Shown here in pieces: positions 28,740 to 39,271 of a stretch of DNA of 64,000 nucleotides. Made by a program: the position numbers and the translations under genes. Source of the DNA: Actinomycetota bacterium (GTDB lineage Bacteria; Actinomycetota; Thermoleophilia; RBG-16-64-13); NCBI GenBank assembly GCA_016278725.1, contig JADQBG010000001.1, forward strand, positions 5,414-69,413, written 5' to 3'. Under the pieces are notes generated by a model. The model did no database searches and was not told the origin of the DNA. It saw only the letters and a program-made list of their open reading frames with translations. How positions within the stretch are numbered: position 1 is the first letter of the stretch; each line of letters starts with the position of its first letter.

Positions 28740-30413
28740 GTGAAGCAACTCATCATTACGACGGATCCGCGGGAAACCCGCGTGGCCCTCATGGAAGAGG
28801 GAAGGCTCGCCGAGCTATACGGCGAGCGCACCGGGGAAGGCTCCCTGGTGGGGAACGTGTACAAAGGCAGAGTGGAGAACGTCCTGGCGGGGATGGATGC
28901 CGCCTTCGTGGACATCGGGCTCGAGAGAAACGGTTTCCTGTACGTCGACGAGGTTCAGACGCCCGAGGACGAGGACGACCGCCCCCGGAAGATCACCCAA
29001 TTGCTCAAGTCGGGGCAGGAGATCGTGGTGCAGGTGACCAAGGACCCCATGGGGACCAAGGGACCGCGGCTGACCACGCAAACCAGCATCGCCGGGCGTT
29101 ATCTGGTGTACGTGCCCGACGGCACTCTCTGCGGGGTTTCGCGCCGGCTGCCCGACGACGAGCGCCAGCGGTTGCGCAGGCTCTGCCACGAGATCAAGCC
29201 CGCCGATGCCGGGGTCATCATCCGCACCGTGGCCGAAGGCGTGAGCGAAAAGGCCATCACCGGGGACCTTCGCTACCTGGAGAAGGTGTGGGGAAGCGTC
29301 AAACGGCGCCTGGAATCCCAGGGCGCGCCCTCGTTGGTCTACACCGAGGCGGATCTGCCGCTACGCATCGTGCGCGACGTGTTCGACGAGGACTTCACGC
29401 AGGTGCTGGTGGACGAGGAGTCCGTGCAAAAGCGGATCGTGGGCTTTCTGCAGAACACCAACCCCGAGTTGATCGAGCGGGTGGAGCTCTATCAGGGATC
29501 CAAGGCGCTCTTCGAGACCTACGGCATCGATGAGGAAATCCGCAAGGCGCTTCACCGCCGGGTCGATTTGCCGTCCGGGGGCTATCTGGTCTTCGACTAC
29601 GCCGAGGCCATGACCGTGGTGGACGTGAACACCGGCCGTTACGTGGGCCGCAAGCAACTCGAGGACACCATCACCAAGACCAACCTGGAGGCCTGCCGCG
29701 AGGTGGTCCGGCAGTTGCGGGTACGGGACATCGGCGGAATCATCATCATCGACTTCATCGACATGGGGCGGCGGCAGAACCGAGAGCAGGTTCTGGAAAC
29801 CCTCGAAGCCGAACTCGCCAAGGATCGCACCAAGACCTACGTGGTGGAACTGTCCCCGCTCGGGCTGGTGGAGATGACCCGGCAGAACATCACCGACGGT
29901 TTGCGGGGCTTTCTCACCGAGACGTGCCCCACCTGTGACGGCGAGGGCGTGGTGGTGTCCGCGGACAGCTTGGCCATCGACGCCGAGCGCAGACTGCGCG
30001 AACTGGTCACCTCCTCCACGGCGGAGGCCTTCCTGGTGGAACTAAATGCCGAGGTGGCGCTGGTCCTCGAAGAGGAAGGCAGGCTCGGGGCGCTCGAGGC
30101 GGACACCGGAAAGCACGTGGTGGCCGAGGGTGTCTCCTACCTGGAGCCCGGGGAGGTCCGCATGGCCGCCGAAGGCTCACGCCAGGTCATCGACCGCGCG
30201 GCTCTGCCGGTGGCTGAGGGCCAGGAGCTGACCCTGACCATCGAGGAAGTCCACGTCTACAACCGGAGAGACGGGGTCGGGCGCGTCGACGGCTATCCCG
30301 TTTGCGTTGCCGGGGCCGCAGATAGAGTGGGCAAGCGAGTCGAGGTCGTGGTCGAGCGGGCCATGCGTCACTGTGCCGAGGCGAGACTGTCCCCGGCGGG
30401 CGGCGGCCGGTAG
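28740..30413 (+). CDS. rng: Ribonuclease E/G family endoribonuclease
   Basis: S1 domain 'GNVYKGRVENVLAGMDAAFVDIGLERNGFLYV', DNase I-like and zinc-link regions ('CPTCDGEG'). Confidence 0.85.
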   Translation: MKQLIITTDPRETRVALMEEGRLAELYGERTGEGSLVGNVYKGRVENVLAGMDAAFVDIGLERNGFLYVDEVQTPEDEDDRPRKITQLLKSGQEIVVQVTKDPMGTKGPRLTTQTSIAGRYLVYVPDGTLCGVSRRLPDDERQRLRRLCHEIKPADAGVIIRTVAEGVSEKAITGDLRYLEKVWGSVKRRLESQGAPSLVYTEADLPLRIVRDVFDEDFTQVLVDEESVQKRIVGFLQNTNPELIERVELYQGSKALFETYGIDEEIRKALHRRVDLPSGGYLVFDYAEAMTVVDVNTGRYVGRKQLEDTITKTNLEACREVVRQLRVRDIGGIIIIDFIDMGRRQNREQVLETLEAELAKDRTKTYVVELSPLGLVEMTRQNITDGLRGFLTETCPTCDGEGVVVSADSLAIDAERRLRELVTSSTAEAFLVELNAEVALVLEEEGRLGALEADTGKHVVAEGVSYLEPGEVRMAAEGSRQVIDRAALPVAEGQELTLTIEEVHVYNRRDGVGRVDGYPVCVAGAADRVGKRVEVVVERAMRHCAEARLSPAGGGR

Positions 30414-30429
30414 TCCGAGCCGCCGGTCC

Positions 30430-30438
30430 CTGGTATAC
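30430..30438 (+). promoter_or_regulatory. Extended -10 promoter element TGGTATACT upstream of rplU
   Basis: TGn + TATACT, leaving a roughly 115-nt leader before the rplU ATG. This could be an L21-leader-type autoregulatory structure, which I have not tested. Confidence 0.4.
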
Positions 30439-30562
30439 TCCCGGGTTTGCGGGCTCCGTGTGGGTATCCCCTGGAATCCATCCGAGCGCCTCACGATGGT
30501 CACGTGTGCGAGAGTGTCCGGCAGCGGGCGCAACTCGATTGCTTTAAGAGAGAGAGGAACCG

Positions 30563-30853
30563 ATGTTCGCCGTTGTCAAGGTAGGTGGAAAGCAGTATCC
30601 GGTCAGGCCGGGTGAGAATTTTGTGGTCGATCGCCTGGAGATCGAGCCGGGCAGCGTGGTCGAACTTCCCACGCTCTTGGTTTCCGACGATGAAGGCACG
30701 CGCCACGAAGACGGCACGGTGACGGCGACGGTGCTCGAGCATTTCCGGGGACCCAAGATCTACATCCAGAAGCACAAGCCCAAACGGGGCTACAAGAAGA
30801 AGATCGGCTTTCGGAGCGCACTAACCCGGCTCTCCGTCAATCAGATTTCCTAG
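30563..30853 (+). CDS. rplU: 50S ribosomal protein L21
   Basis: '[18 protein letters not shown]'. Confidence 0.9.
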   Translation: MFAVVKVGGKQYPVRPGENFVVDRLEIEPGSVVELPTLLVSDDEGTRHEDGTVTATVLEHFRGPKIYIQKHKPKRGYKKKIGFRSALTRLSVNQIS

Positions 30854-30867
30854 AAGGGACCAACGAG

Positions 30868-31119
30868 ATGGCACATAAGAAAGGCGGCGGCAGTTCCCGC
30901 AACGGCCGCGACTCGAATGCTCAGCGGTTGGGTGTGAAGGCCTTCGGCGGCGAGGTCGTCACGGCCGGCTCCATCCTGGTACGGCAGCGGGGCACCCGCT
31001 TTCGTCCCGGGCTCAACGTGGGCATCGGTTCCGATGACACCCTTTTCGCCAAGATCGACGGCACCGTCGACTTCTCCTCTTCCAAGGGCCACCGTCTGAT
31101 CAGCATCGTCCCCGAGTAA
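30868..31119 (+). CDS. rpmA: 50S ribosomal protein L27
   Basis: '[24 protein letters not shown]'. Confidence 0.9.
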   Translation: MAHKKGGGSSRNGRDSNAQRLGVKAFGGEVVTAGSILVRQRGTRFRPGLNVGIGSDDTLFAKIDGTVDFSSSKGHRLISIVPE

Positions 31120-31143
31120 GGCGCTCCGGCGCCGGCTGCCGCC

Positions 31144-32595
31144 ATGTTTTACGATCGTTCCCGGATCTACGTGGCGGCCGGACGCGGGGGTAGCGGCTCG
31201 GTCTCGTTTCGGCGGGAAAAACACGTGCCTCGCGGCGGGCCCGATGGCGGCGACGGCGGCAGAGGCGGAGATGTCTGGCTGATCGCCGACGAAGGCCTGC
31301 GCGACCTGAGCCGCCTGCGCGGCCGCACCCATTACAAGGCCGGTTCCGGCCGGCACGGCGAGGGCGCCCGCAAGCAAGGGGCCACCGGCGAGAGCGTCGA
31401 GATCGCCGTTCCTCTGGGCACCCAGGTCCTGGCCGAGGACGATTCCCTGATCGCCGATATGACCGAACCCGGGCAGCGCGCGCTGGTCGCGCGTGGCGGC
31501 GAGGGGGGCCGGGGGAACAACCGTTTCGTCAATCCCGTGCGGCAGGCTCCCAAGTTCGCCGAACTCGGCGAAGAAGGGGAGGCCCGGTGGATCACCCTCA
31601 GCCTCAAGCTCATGGCGGATGCCGGACTGGCCGGCCTGCCCAACGCCGGCAAGTCCTCTCTCTTGCGCCGCCTTTCCAATGCGCGGCCGAAGGTGGCCGA
31701 TTATCCTTTCACCACCATCGAGCCCCTGCTGGGCGTGGTCGAGGTCCCCGGCTCCGAGCTCATGTTCACCCTGGCCGACGTTCCCGGACTGCTCGAGGGA
31801 GCGAGCGAGGGGGTGGGTTTGGGCCACGAGTTCCTGGCCCACCTGGAACGCTGCCTGCTCATCCTGCACGTGGTGGACGTCACCGGCTACTACGGAGCCG
31901 ATCCGCTGGACAACTTCCGGGCCATCCTCGCCGAACTGCAGGCGCATGTGGCCGAACTGGGCACGCGTCCTCAGCTGATCGTGCTGAACAAGATCGATGC
32001 CATCGACGCCGACACCCAGGAGGAGCGGCTGGCCGCCTTCGTGGCGGAGGTGCAGAGCCTGCGCCGGCAGGGTCATCCGGCCTTCGTCTGGACCCTGGAC
32101 TATCAGGGCGAGGCGGAACCACCCCCGGCCGAGGAGCTTGTCTGGCCGGTTTCCGCGGCGACCGGAGAGGGCCTGGACCGGCTGAGGCAGATGGTGGGCC
32201 GAGTGCTCGAAGCCCGCCGGGGTGACCTGCTGGCGGCCCAAGAAGGGGCCGTGGGGGTGCTGTCGGGAGAGCGCTACGAAAACCTCGGAGGCCCGCCGGA
32301 GCCTAGGCCCTCGTCCGCGCCGATGCCTCCGCAGTCGGCTTCTCCTGCCCACGTGGTCTACCGCCCGGGGGCTTCAGCGGCCTCTTTCCAGGTCGGCCGG
32401 GACGATGAGGGCTTCTACGTCGAGGGGGAAGAGGTCGAACGGCTGGTCCGGCGCTTCGACCTCGAGAACCAGGAGGCGGCGCGCTATCTGGGAGAGAAGC
32501 TCGACAAGCTTGGGGTGCGTGACCGGCTGCGGCGCGAGGGGGCAGAGCCGGGGGACGAGGTCCGCATCGGCGGTGTCGTGTTCGAGTTCGAATAG
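31144..32595 (+). CDS. obg: GTPase Obg/CgtA with a C-terminal OCT/TGS-like extension
   Basis: Gly-rich Obg fold '[14 protein letters not shown]', G1 '[11 protein letters not shown]', and a C-terminal extension. Confidence 0.9.
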   Translation: MFYDRSRIYVAAGRGGSGSVSFRREKHVPRGGPDGGDGGRGGDVWLIADEGLRDLSRLRGRTHYKAGSGRHGEGARKQGATGESVEIAVPLGTQVLAEDDSLIADMTEPGQRALVARGGEGGRGNNRFVNPVRQAPKFAELGEEGEARWITLSLKLMADAGLAGLPNAGKSSLLRRLSNARPKVADYPFTTIEPLLGVVEVPGSELMFTLADVPGLLEGASEGVGLGHEFLAHLERCLLILHVVDVTGYYGADPLDNFRAILAELQAHVAELGTRPQLIVLNKIDAIDADTQEERLAAFVAEVQSLRRQGHPAFVWTLDYQGEAEPPPAEELVWPVSAATGEGLDRLRQMVGRVLEARRGDLLAAQEGAVGVLSGERYENLGGPPEPRPSSAPMPPQSASPAHVVYRPGASAASFQVGRDDEGFYVEGEEVERLVRRFDLENQEAARYLGEKLDKLGVRDRLRREGAEPGDEVRIGGVVFEFE

Positions 32596-32618
32596 GGTCG
32601 GAAGGGACGGGCGCAAGA

Positions 32619-33713
32619 GTGAGCCGCACTATCGTGGTCAAGGTTGGGTCGAGCACCCTGACGGACGAACAGGGGCGTTTCCGCCTGGGCCCGATGGCCG
32701 GGCGCGTGGGCGAAATCGCCGGACTGCAGCGCAACGGCAACCGCATGCTGCTGGTTTCCTCGGGCGCGGTCAGTTCGGGAATGGGCGTGCTCCGGTTGGA
32801 GAGCCGTCCCGAAGAGATAATCGACCTGCAGGCGGCCTCCGCGGTGGGGCAAGGCCGGCTCTACCACATGTACAGTCAGCTCTTCGGTTACGAGGACGTG
32901 GTCACCGCCCAGGTGCTGCTCACCGCCTTCGACATCAGCGCGCGGGCGCAGTATCTGAATGCCCGCAACACGCTATCCAAGCTGCTCGAGTGGGGGGTGG
33001 TGCCGATCATCAACGAAAACGACACGACTTCCACCGAAGAACTCTGCTTTGGCGACAATGACGCTCTGGCCGCTCAGGTGGCCTTGCTGGTGAAGGCCGA
33101 TCTGCTCATCTTGCTTACCGACACCGAAGGTCTCTTCACCGCCAATCCCCATCTGGATCCCGCGGCGGAGCGCATCCCTCTGGTCGAGGATTTCGAGGCG
33201 CTTTTGGGGATCGACACCACCAGCCAGGGCCCCCTTGGGCGAGGCGGGATGCGCAGCAAGGTGAACTCGGCCCGTATGGCGGTGAGCGGAGGGGTCGAGA
33301 CCGTGATCGCCCGAGGTACGCTTCCCGGCGTGGTTGGGGCGGTGGTGGACGGCCAGGACGTCGGCACCCGCTTCTTGGCCCAGGATCAAAAGCTGGGCGC
33401 CTTCAAGCTGTGGTTGCTCTACGGCAAATCGGTCAAGGGCCGGGTGGTGGTCGATAGGGGAGCGGCCAAAGCCATTCGGGACCGGAGCAGCCTGCTGCCG
33501 GTGGGAATCACCCGGGTGGAGGGGAACTTTGCCGCCGGCGACGGGGTGCTGGTGATCGACGAGAACGGCCGCGAACTGGCCAAGGGCATCGCCAGCCACT
33601 CGCACGACGAACTCGACCAGGTCAAGGGCATGAGAAGCAGCTCGACCGCCGGGCTGATGTCTGAATCCACACCCGAGGCCATCCATCGAGACCATCTGGT
33701 CTTGATAGACTGA
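32619..33713 (+). CDS. proB: Glutamate 5-kinase with a PUA domain
   Basis: 'IVVKVGSSTLT' amino-acid-kinase fold and a C-terminal PUA domain. Confidence 0.9.
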   Translation: MSRTIVVKVGSSTLTDEQGRFRLGPMAGRVGEIAGLQRNGNRMLLVSSGAVSSGMGVLRLESRPEEIIDLQAASAVGQGRLYHMYSQLFGYEDVVTAQVLLTAFDISARAQYLNARNTLSKLLEWGVVPIINENDTTSTEELCFGDNDALAAQVALLVKADLLILLTDTEGLFTANPHLDPAAERIPLVEDFEALLGIDTTSQGPLGRGGMRSKVNSARMAVSGGVETVIARGTLPGVVGAVVDGQDVGTRFLAQDQKLGAFKLWLLYGKSVKGRVVVDRGAAKAIRDRSSLLPVGITRVEGNFAAGDGVLVIDENGRELAKGIASHSHDELDQVKGMRSSSTAGLMSESTPEAIHRDHLVLID

Positions 33714-33745
33714 GCCCGGGTTTTGGCGGTTTCCGTAAGCGTGAG

Positions 33746-35023
33746 ATGGAGGGGGATTTGAAGAACAAAGAGCTGGCAGAGCACCTTGCCCGCCAGGCCG
33801 CCCAGGCCTCGCGCAAGCTGGCCATCGCACCCTCCAAGCAGAAGGACCAGGCGCTCATCGAGATGGCCGAGGCCCTCGAACGCCGTTCGAGCGAGATCCT
33901 GAGCGAGAACCAGGAAGACCTGAACGAGGGGCGCAGGAAGGGACTATCCAGTGCCCTGATCGACCGGCTGCTCCTCGACGAGGACCGCATAAAGGCAATC
34001 GCGGACAGCCTGCGCGACGTGGCGACTCTTCCCGATCCGATTGGCGAGGTCGTTGGTGGCTGGAGGACTCCGGAGGGTTTGGTCATCGAGAAGCGCCGGG
34101 TGCCGTTCGGCGTGGTGGCGGTCGTCTACGAGGCCCGGCCCAACGTCACCGTGGACGCCGCCGCCCTGTGCCTGAAGACGGGCAACGCCGTCATCCTGCG
34201 GGGGGGTAGCGACGCCTACCACTCGAACCGCATCCTCGCCGAAGTCATCATGGGAGCCTTGCTGGAAGCGGGCATGCCGGCGGAGGCCGTCCAGTTCGTG
34301 CCCAGCCGGGATCGGCAGGTGCTGGTCGAACTGTTGCAGCTCTCCGACCATATCGATCTGGTGATCCCCCGCGGGGGTGAGCAGTTGAAGAACTTCTTGG
34401 TCGAAAACTCAAAAGTCCCCGTGATCTACGCCGCCGGCGGCAACTGCCACGTGTACGTCGACGCTTCGGCCGATCTGGCCGATGCCCGGGCGATCACCGT
34501 GAACGCGAAGGTCCAGCGTCCCGGAGTGTGCAACTCGGCCGAGACCCTCCTGGTGCACGAGGCCGTGGCCGGGGAGTTTCTGCCCGCAGTGGCCGCCGAC
34601 CTGATCGACCGCGGGGTGCGGTTGTACGCGGATGAGCGCAGCCGCGCCGCCCTGGCGGATTTGGCCGAACGGGTGGAGCCGGCGACCGAGGCCCATTACG
34701 CCACCGAGTTTCTCGGCCTGGAGATGGCGGTCCGGGTGGTGGACGGCATAGAGCAGGCAATCGAGCACATAGCCGAGTACGGCACGGGACACTCCGAAGC
34801 CATTGTGACCAGCGACCTCGAGGCCTCGCGGCAGTTCACCGAAGAGGTGGACGCGGCGGCCGTCTACGTCAACGCCTCGACCCGGTTCACCGATGGCGCA
34901 GTGTTCGGCCTGGGGGCGGAAATCGGCATTTCCACCCAGAAGCTGCATGCCCGGGGACCGCTTGGACTCAAGGAACTCACGTCGACCAAATACGTGATCC
35001 TGGGCCGAGGCCACATCCGCTAG
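33746..35023 (+). CDS. proA: Gamma-glutamyl phosphate reductase
   Basis: Aldehyde dehydrogenase fold and the catalytic Cys context 'GVCNSAETLLVH'. Confidence 0.9.
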   Translation: MEGDLKNKELAEHLARQAAQASRKLAIAPSKQKDQALIEMAEALERRSSEILSENQEDLNEGRRKGLSSALIDRLLLDEDRIKAIADSLRDVATLPDPIGEVVGGWRTPEGLVIEKRRVPFGVVAVVYEARPNVTVDAAALCLKTGNAVILRGGSDAYHSNRILAEVIMGALLEAGMPAEAVQFVPSRDRQVLVELLQLSDHIDLVIPRGGEQLKNFLVENSKVPVIYAAGGNCHVYVDASADLADARAITVNAKVQRPGVCNSAETLLVHEAVAGEFLPAVAADLIDRGVRLYADERSRAALADLAERVEPATEAHYATEFLGLEMAVRVVDGIEQAIEHIAEYGTGHSEAIVTSDLEASRQFTEEVDAAAVYVNASTRFTDGAVFGLGAEIGISTQKLHARGPLGLKELTSTKYVILGRGHIR

Positions 35024-35043
35024 CCAACCGGAGGGAATCGCAC

Positions 35044-35742
35044 GTGGAGGAATCACCGTCCGTTTCCCCGCCGCCTGAGCCCGGAGTGGGCCTGGAACCG
35101 CTGGATCACCTGCGCGGCGTCGCCGGCCTGCGCCTGGGGATCATGGGAGGCGCGTTCGACCCCATTCACCTGGGTCATCTGCGCACCGCCGAGGAAGCCA
35201 GAGAGCAGTTCGCTCTGGACGAGGTGGTTTTCATCCCCACCGGCAGGCCGCCGCACAAAGCCCGCGCCCTCTCGCCCGCAGAGGCCCGCTACCTGATGGC
35301 GACGCTGGCGACGGCGTCCAACCCCCACTTCTGGGTTTCGCGTATCGAGATCGACCGGCCGGGATTGGATTACACGGTCGATACCATGGTGCAGATCAGA
35401 GGGATGCTCCGCGCCGATGCGCACCTCTTCTTCGTTACAGGTGCTGACGCCGTGTTAGACATCCTCACCTGGAAGGAGCCGGAGCGCCTCTTGGAGATCT
35501 GCACCCTGATCGCCGCCACGCGCCCGGGCTACGGCCTCGATCGCCTGCGGCAGGTGCTGGACGGCCTGCCTTATGCCGAGAAGGTCTTGGTGATGGAGAT
35601 TCCCGCCCTGGCGATCTCTTCCAGCCTGATCCGCCTGCGCGCGGCCGAGGGACGAGGCATGCGATATCTGGTGCCGGACGGCGTGGCCGCGTTCGCCGAG
35701 AAGGCCGCCCTCTACCGGGAGACGGATGCCGTTGATGAATGA
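35044..35742 (+). CDS. nadD: Nicotinate-nucleotide adenylyltransferase
   Basis: 'GIMGGAFDPIHLGHL' (HxGH). Confidence 0.85.
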   Translation: MEESPSVSPPPEPGVGLEPLDHLRGVAGLRLGIMGGAFDPIHLGHLRTAEEAREQFALDEVVFIPTGRPPHKARALSPAEARYLMATLATASNPHFWVSRIEIDRPGLDYTVDTMVQIRGMLRADAHLFFVTGADAVLDILTWKEPERLLEICTLIAATRPGYGLDRLRQVLDGLPYAEKVLVMEIPALAISSSLIRLRAAEGRGMRYLVPDGVAAFAEKAALYRETDAVDE

Positions 35743-36850
35743 ACCCGGCGAGGACCGGAACGGCGCAGTCCGGCCGGAGCAAGAGGGACGGCGGGGATTC
35801 CGCCGCCGCCAGTTGGCGCTGGACCGCGCGCGCCGGCGGCGGCGCTTGGCCCGTAGGCTCACGGTGCTCGGCGTGGTCCTCTTGCTCGCCGCGGGAGCGT
35901 TCGCCCTGGTGACTTCGCTCGACGAGGAGCCGCAGGAAGTATCCGAAGCCTCGGCGGCGGAACCCGGTCTGATCCTCCTGCTTCTCACGGAGCCGGCCGA
36001 AGGCGTTCCCGAACAGGTTCAGGCCGCCGTCCTCCTGGGCAGCAGCACGGAACCCACCATGGTTCTGGGAATGCCGGGAAACACTCTGCTGGAAGGGCCC
36101 GAGGGCTTCGATCCTCTGGCCGAGTTGGTCCAGGATTACGGCCCCGAAGCCCTCGACTTTGGCGCCATGTTTCCCGATCGCCCCAGCGGCAGCGTCACCC
36201 TTCCCTGGAAGGACCTGCGCAAACTGTTGGTGAGCGAGGAGGGTTCCAACCCCCTGCCTGAGACCCTGGGTTCCGGCCCAGACGCGGCCGAAGCGGCCGC
36301 GCAGGCCGTCGCCCAGGCAGTGGCCATGAGCGGGGGAGAGCGCCGGGAGCAGGTGGAAGCTCTCCCCCTCGAGGGCGATACCGCGGAGTTTTTGGATGCC
36401 CTGGCGGCGCTGGCGCCGGCTCCGGCGGTGGTGGGGGGTCTGCCGGGCAAAGCGGTGGAGGGCGTGGGCTACGCCTATTACGAACCCGACCTCAGCGGGA
36501 TTCAGCTTCTGCTGGGCGGGGACTCCCCCGAGGGCGGGGTGGAGGTCGAGGTGCAAAACGGTTCGGGCGTCGCCGGGATCGCTCAACGGGTGACCGAGGC
36601 GATTGCTCCCCTGAACTACTCCATGCTGCCGCCCAAGAACGCCGAGGACTTCCCCAACGTCGAGGAAACCAAGATCGTGGCCGCCCCGGGTGTAGTCGGC
36701 GATGCAGAGCGCATCCGTCAGGCTCTCGGCGCGGGCAGCGTGGTTCCCCGCGAGAGTCTGCCCGCCAACCGGGTGGTGGTCATCGTGGGCAAGGACATGC
36801 CTGTGGAGGGACTACCGGCAGCCGGTCAAGAGGCTTCGGAGGCACGTTGA
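35726..36850 (+). CDS. Membrane-anchored protein with a LytR_C (LytR/CpsA/Psr C-terminal) domain
   Basis: Arg-rich N-terminus, one TM segment, and the C-terminal pattern 'VEVQNGSGVAGIAQRVTEAI...VVVIVGKD'. Confidence 0.6.
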   Translation: MPLMNEPGEDRNGAVRPEQEGRRGFRRRQLALDRARRRRRLARRLTVLGVVLLLAAGAFALVTSLDEEPQEVSEASAAEPGLILLLLTEPAEGVPEQVQAAVLLGSSTEPTMVLGMPGNTLLEGPEGFDPLAELVQDYGPEALDFGAMFPDRPSGSVTLPWKDLRKLLVSEEGSNPLPETLGSGPDAAEAAAQAVAQAVAMSGGERREQVEALPLEGDTAEFLDALAALAPAPAVVGGLPGKAVEGVGYAYYEPDLSGIQLLLGGDSPEGGVEVEVQNGSGVAGIAQRVTEAIAPLNYSMLPPKNAEDFPNVEETKIVAAPGVVGDAERIRQALGAGSVVPRESLPANRVVVIVGKDMPVEGLPAAGQEASEAR

Positions 36851-37866
36851 CGGACCTGTCCCGGTACCGGCGGCAGATGCTCTATCCGGGACTCGGCGAG
36901 GCCGGTCAGGAGAAGCTCGCGCTGGCGCGGGTGGGATTGATCGGTTGCGGCGCGCTGGGGTCGTTCGTGGCGGCCGAATTGGCGCGGGGGGGCGTGGGTT
37001 TTCTGCGCCTGGTCGACCGGGACTTCCCCGAGCTTTCCAATCTCCACCGGCAGATTCTCTACGACGAGCAGGACGTCTCCGCGCGTACGCCCAAGGCAGT
37101 GGCCGCCGCACAAAAGCTCCGGGCGGCCAATCACGAGGTCGAGATCGACCCGGTCGTGGAGGACCTGAACGCCTTCAGCATCGAGCAGTTCGCTCGGGAC
37201 CTTCACGTGCTGGTGGATGCCACGGACAATTTTGCCACCCGCTTTGTGATCAACGATTACGCTGTCAAGCAGGGAATTCCCTGGGTTCATGGGGGAGTGT
37301 TGGGTGCCTCCGGGGTCAGCCTCACCGTCGTGCCTGGGGATGGTCCCTGCTTTCGCTGTCTCTACCCCGAACCGCCCGCGCCGGGCAGCGTGGAGACCTG
37401 CGACACCGCGGGAGTGCTGACCCCGGCCGTCGGGGTCATCGGCAGCATCGAGGCGGCCGAGGTGATGAAGCTGCTGGCCGATCCCGGCTCCCGTAACCGG
37501 GGTCTTTTGACCGTCGACGTGTGGGAGACCCACTTCGAGACCGTGCAGATCGAGCGCCGCCCGGATTGTCCGGCCTGCGGCCGCCGGGAATTCAGCTTCC
37601 TCGAGGCGGGGCGTGAGTTTCTGGTGGATGAGATCTGCGGCAGCGATGCGATTCAGATAGTTCCCCCGGGCGCATCCTCGATCAGCCTCTCCGCACTCGC
37701 CGAGCGGCTTGCGCCGGTGGCTCGGGTGAATCTGAGGGACCTCTATCTGGAGGCCGAGACCGAGGGCATCCGCTTCACCATCTTCGGCGACGGCCGCGCT
37801 TTGGTGAGGGGAGCCGACAGCGCCGAGAGGGCCCGGTCGGTCTACGATCGCTATATCGGCTCCTGA
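36847..37866 (+). CDS. ThiF/MoeB-family E1-like adenylyltransferase with a roughly 95-aa C-terminal extension of unknown function
   Basis: 'GLIGCGALGSFVAAELARGGVGFLRLVDRD', a Cys in 'ETCDTAGVL', and a zinc motif CFRC...CPAC. The tail has no rhodanese CRSG-type motif. Confidence 0.75.
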   Translation: MTDLSRYRRQMLYPGLGEAGQEKLALARVGLIGCGALGSFVAAELARGGVGFLRLVDRDFPELSNLHRQILYDEQDVSARTPKAVAAAQKLRAANHEVEIDPVVEDLNAFSIEQFARDLHVLVDATDNFATRFVINDYAVKQGIPWVHGGVLGASGVSLTVVPGDGPCFRCLYPEPPAPGSVETCDTAGVLTPAVGVIGSIEAAEVMKLLADPGSRNRGLLTVDVWETHFETVQIERRPDCPACGRREFSFLEAGREFLVDEICGSDAIQIVPPGASSISLSALAERLAPVARVNLRDLYLEAETEGIRFTIFGDGRALVRGADSAERARSVYDRYIGS

Positions 37867-37915
37867 CGTCCCCGGAACCTCCTGCTAGAATGAATCCGGA
37901 CTCGTTCTCTCGGCT

Positions 37916-38368
37916 TTGTTGGGATTCCCCACTTTGAATATCACCACAAAGAGTAAATATGCGGTGCGCGCCCTCGTGGAGTTGGCCCAGCGGCCGACCA
38001 ATCAGCCCGTGCCCCTGGTCACGATCGCCGAGGCGCGGGGGATTCCCACCCAGTTCCTGGAGCAACTTTTCGCGGCCCTTCGCCGCGCCGGTATTCTCCA
38101 GTCCTTTCGCGGGGTGCATGGGGGTTACAGCTTCAGCCGCCCGGCGGAATCGGTGACGGTGCTCGAGATCGTGGAGACTCTGGACGGCCCCATCGAGCCG
38201 GCCACCTGCACGGGGGTGGAGCCCTGCGAGCGGCGGCCGATCTGCTCGGTGGGCGACGTATGGCTCCAGGCGAAGCTGGCCGTCGAGGAAGTACTCGAAG
38301 GGGTAACCATCGCCGAATTGGCCGAGCGGGAGCAATCTCCGGATCAGGCCGGCATGTACTACATCTAA
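37916..38368 (+). CDS. Rrf2-family transcriptional regulator (IscR/CymR/NsrR-like) with three C-terminal Cys
   Basis: wHTH 'KSKYAVRALVELAQ...PLVTIAEARGIPTQFLEQLFAALRRAGILQSFRGVHGGY' and Cys ligands C..C.....C. Confidence 0.8.
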   Translation: MLGFPTLNITTKSKYAVRALVELAQRPTNQPVPLVTIAEARGIPTQFLEQLFAALRRAGILQSFRGVHGGYSFSRPAESVTVLEIVETLDGPIEPATCTGVEPCERRPICSVGDVWLQAKLAVEEVLEGVTIAELAEREQSPDQAGMYYI

Positions 38369-38387
38369 TGCGTACTACATCTAATGC
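38356..38387 (+). repeat. Perfect 16-bp tandem duplication (GTACTACATCTAATGC x2)
   Basis: Copy 1 contains the Rrf2 stop codon TAA. Copy 2 contains the first ATG of the downstream LarE-like ORF. It is AT-rich relative to the genome. Confidence 0.8.
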
Positions 38388-39271
38388 GCGCACGGCGCGT
38401 TATGGGAGGTAATTCACAGGTGAGTGAAGCGCAGGTCGAAGCCGACCAGCTAGTCCGTTCGTTGATCCGCGGTCTGGGATCGACCGTGGTCGCTCTTTCC
38501 GGGGGAGTCGATTCCTCGCTGGTGACCGCGCTCGCGGTCGAGGAACTCGGGCCGGAGCAGGTCCTGGCGGTGACCGCGACCAGCGAGACCTATCTCGAGG
38601 AGGAACTCGAGCACGCGCGCGGCTTCGCCGCGTCACTGGGGGTGCGGCACCAGATCATCGAGACCGAGGAACTGGAGCTCGAAGAGTTCGCGCAAAACCC
38701 TCCCGATCGCTGCTACCACTGCAAGAAAGAGCTCTTCGCCCAACTGTGGACGCTGGCCCGAGAAGGCGGTTTCTCCGCGGTGATCGACGGCGCCAACCGT
38801 GACGACTCGCGAGACTTCCGGCCCGGACTGCGGGCTTCGGACGAAATGGGGGTCCGCCATCCGCTGATGGAGGCAGGGTTGGGCAAGGAGGCCGTGCGCT
38901 CTCTCGCCCTGCGTCTGGGACTCAACACCTGGTCCAAACCGGCGATGGCCTGCCTCTCCTCCCGCTTTCCCTACGGGGAGCGGATCACCCGGGAGAAGCT
39001 CGACATGGTGCGCGAGGCGGAGCGCTACCTTGCCGGCCACGGGTTCTCCCCTCTGCGGGTGCGCCACCACGGCACTACGGCGCGCATCGAGATCGATCAG
39101 GCGGACTTTCCCCGGCTGCTCGAGCCGGAGCTTCGCCAGAGAGCGCTCGGTCACCTGGAACAATTGGGCTACACCTATGTGACGCTGGATTTGGCGGGAT
39201 TTCGCAGCGGCAGCATGAATGAAGTCCTCTCTGCGGAGGAGCGTGGCAATGGCGGACCGAACGTTGACTAG
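38384..39271 (+). CDS. LarE-family PP-loop ATP pyrophosphatase (TIGR00268-like sulfur transferase), three-Cys variant
   Basis: PP-loop 'ALSGGVDSS', 'RPGLRASDE', and '[10 protein letters not shown]', which matches the LarE catalytic-Cys loop, plus 'CYHCKK'. The C-terminus '[17 protein letters not shown]' is collinear with LarE. Alternative start GTG at 38420 after a GGGAGG ribosome-binding site. Confidence 0.75.
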   Translation: MRARRVMGGNSQVSEAQVEADQLVRSLIRGLGSTVVALSGGVDSSLVTALAVEELGPEQVLAVTATSETYLEEELEHARGFAASLGVRHQIIETEELELEEFAQNPPDRCYHCKKELFAQLWTLAREGGFSAVIDGANRDDSRDFRPGLRASDEMGVRHPLMEAGLGKEAVRSLALRLGLNTWSKPAMACLSSRFPYGERITREKLDMVREAERYLAGHGFSPLRVRHHGTTARIEIDQADFPRLLEPELRQRALGHLEQLGYTYVTLDLAGFRSGSMNEVLSAEERGNGGPNVD

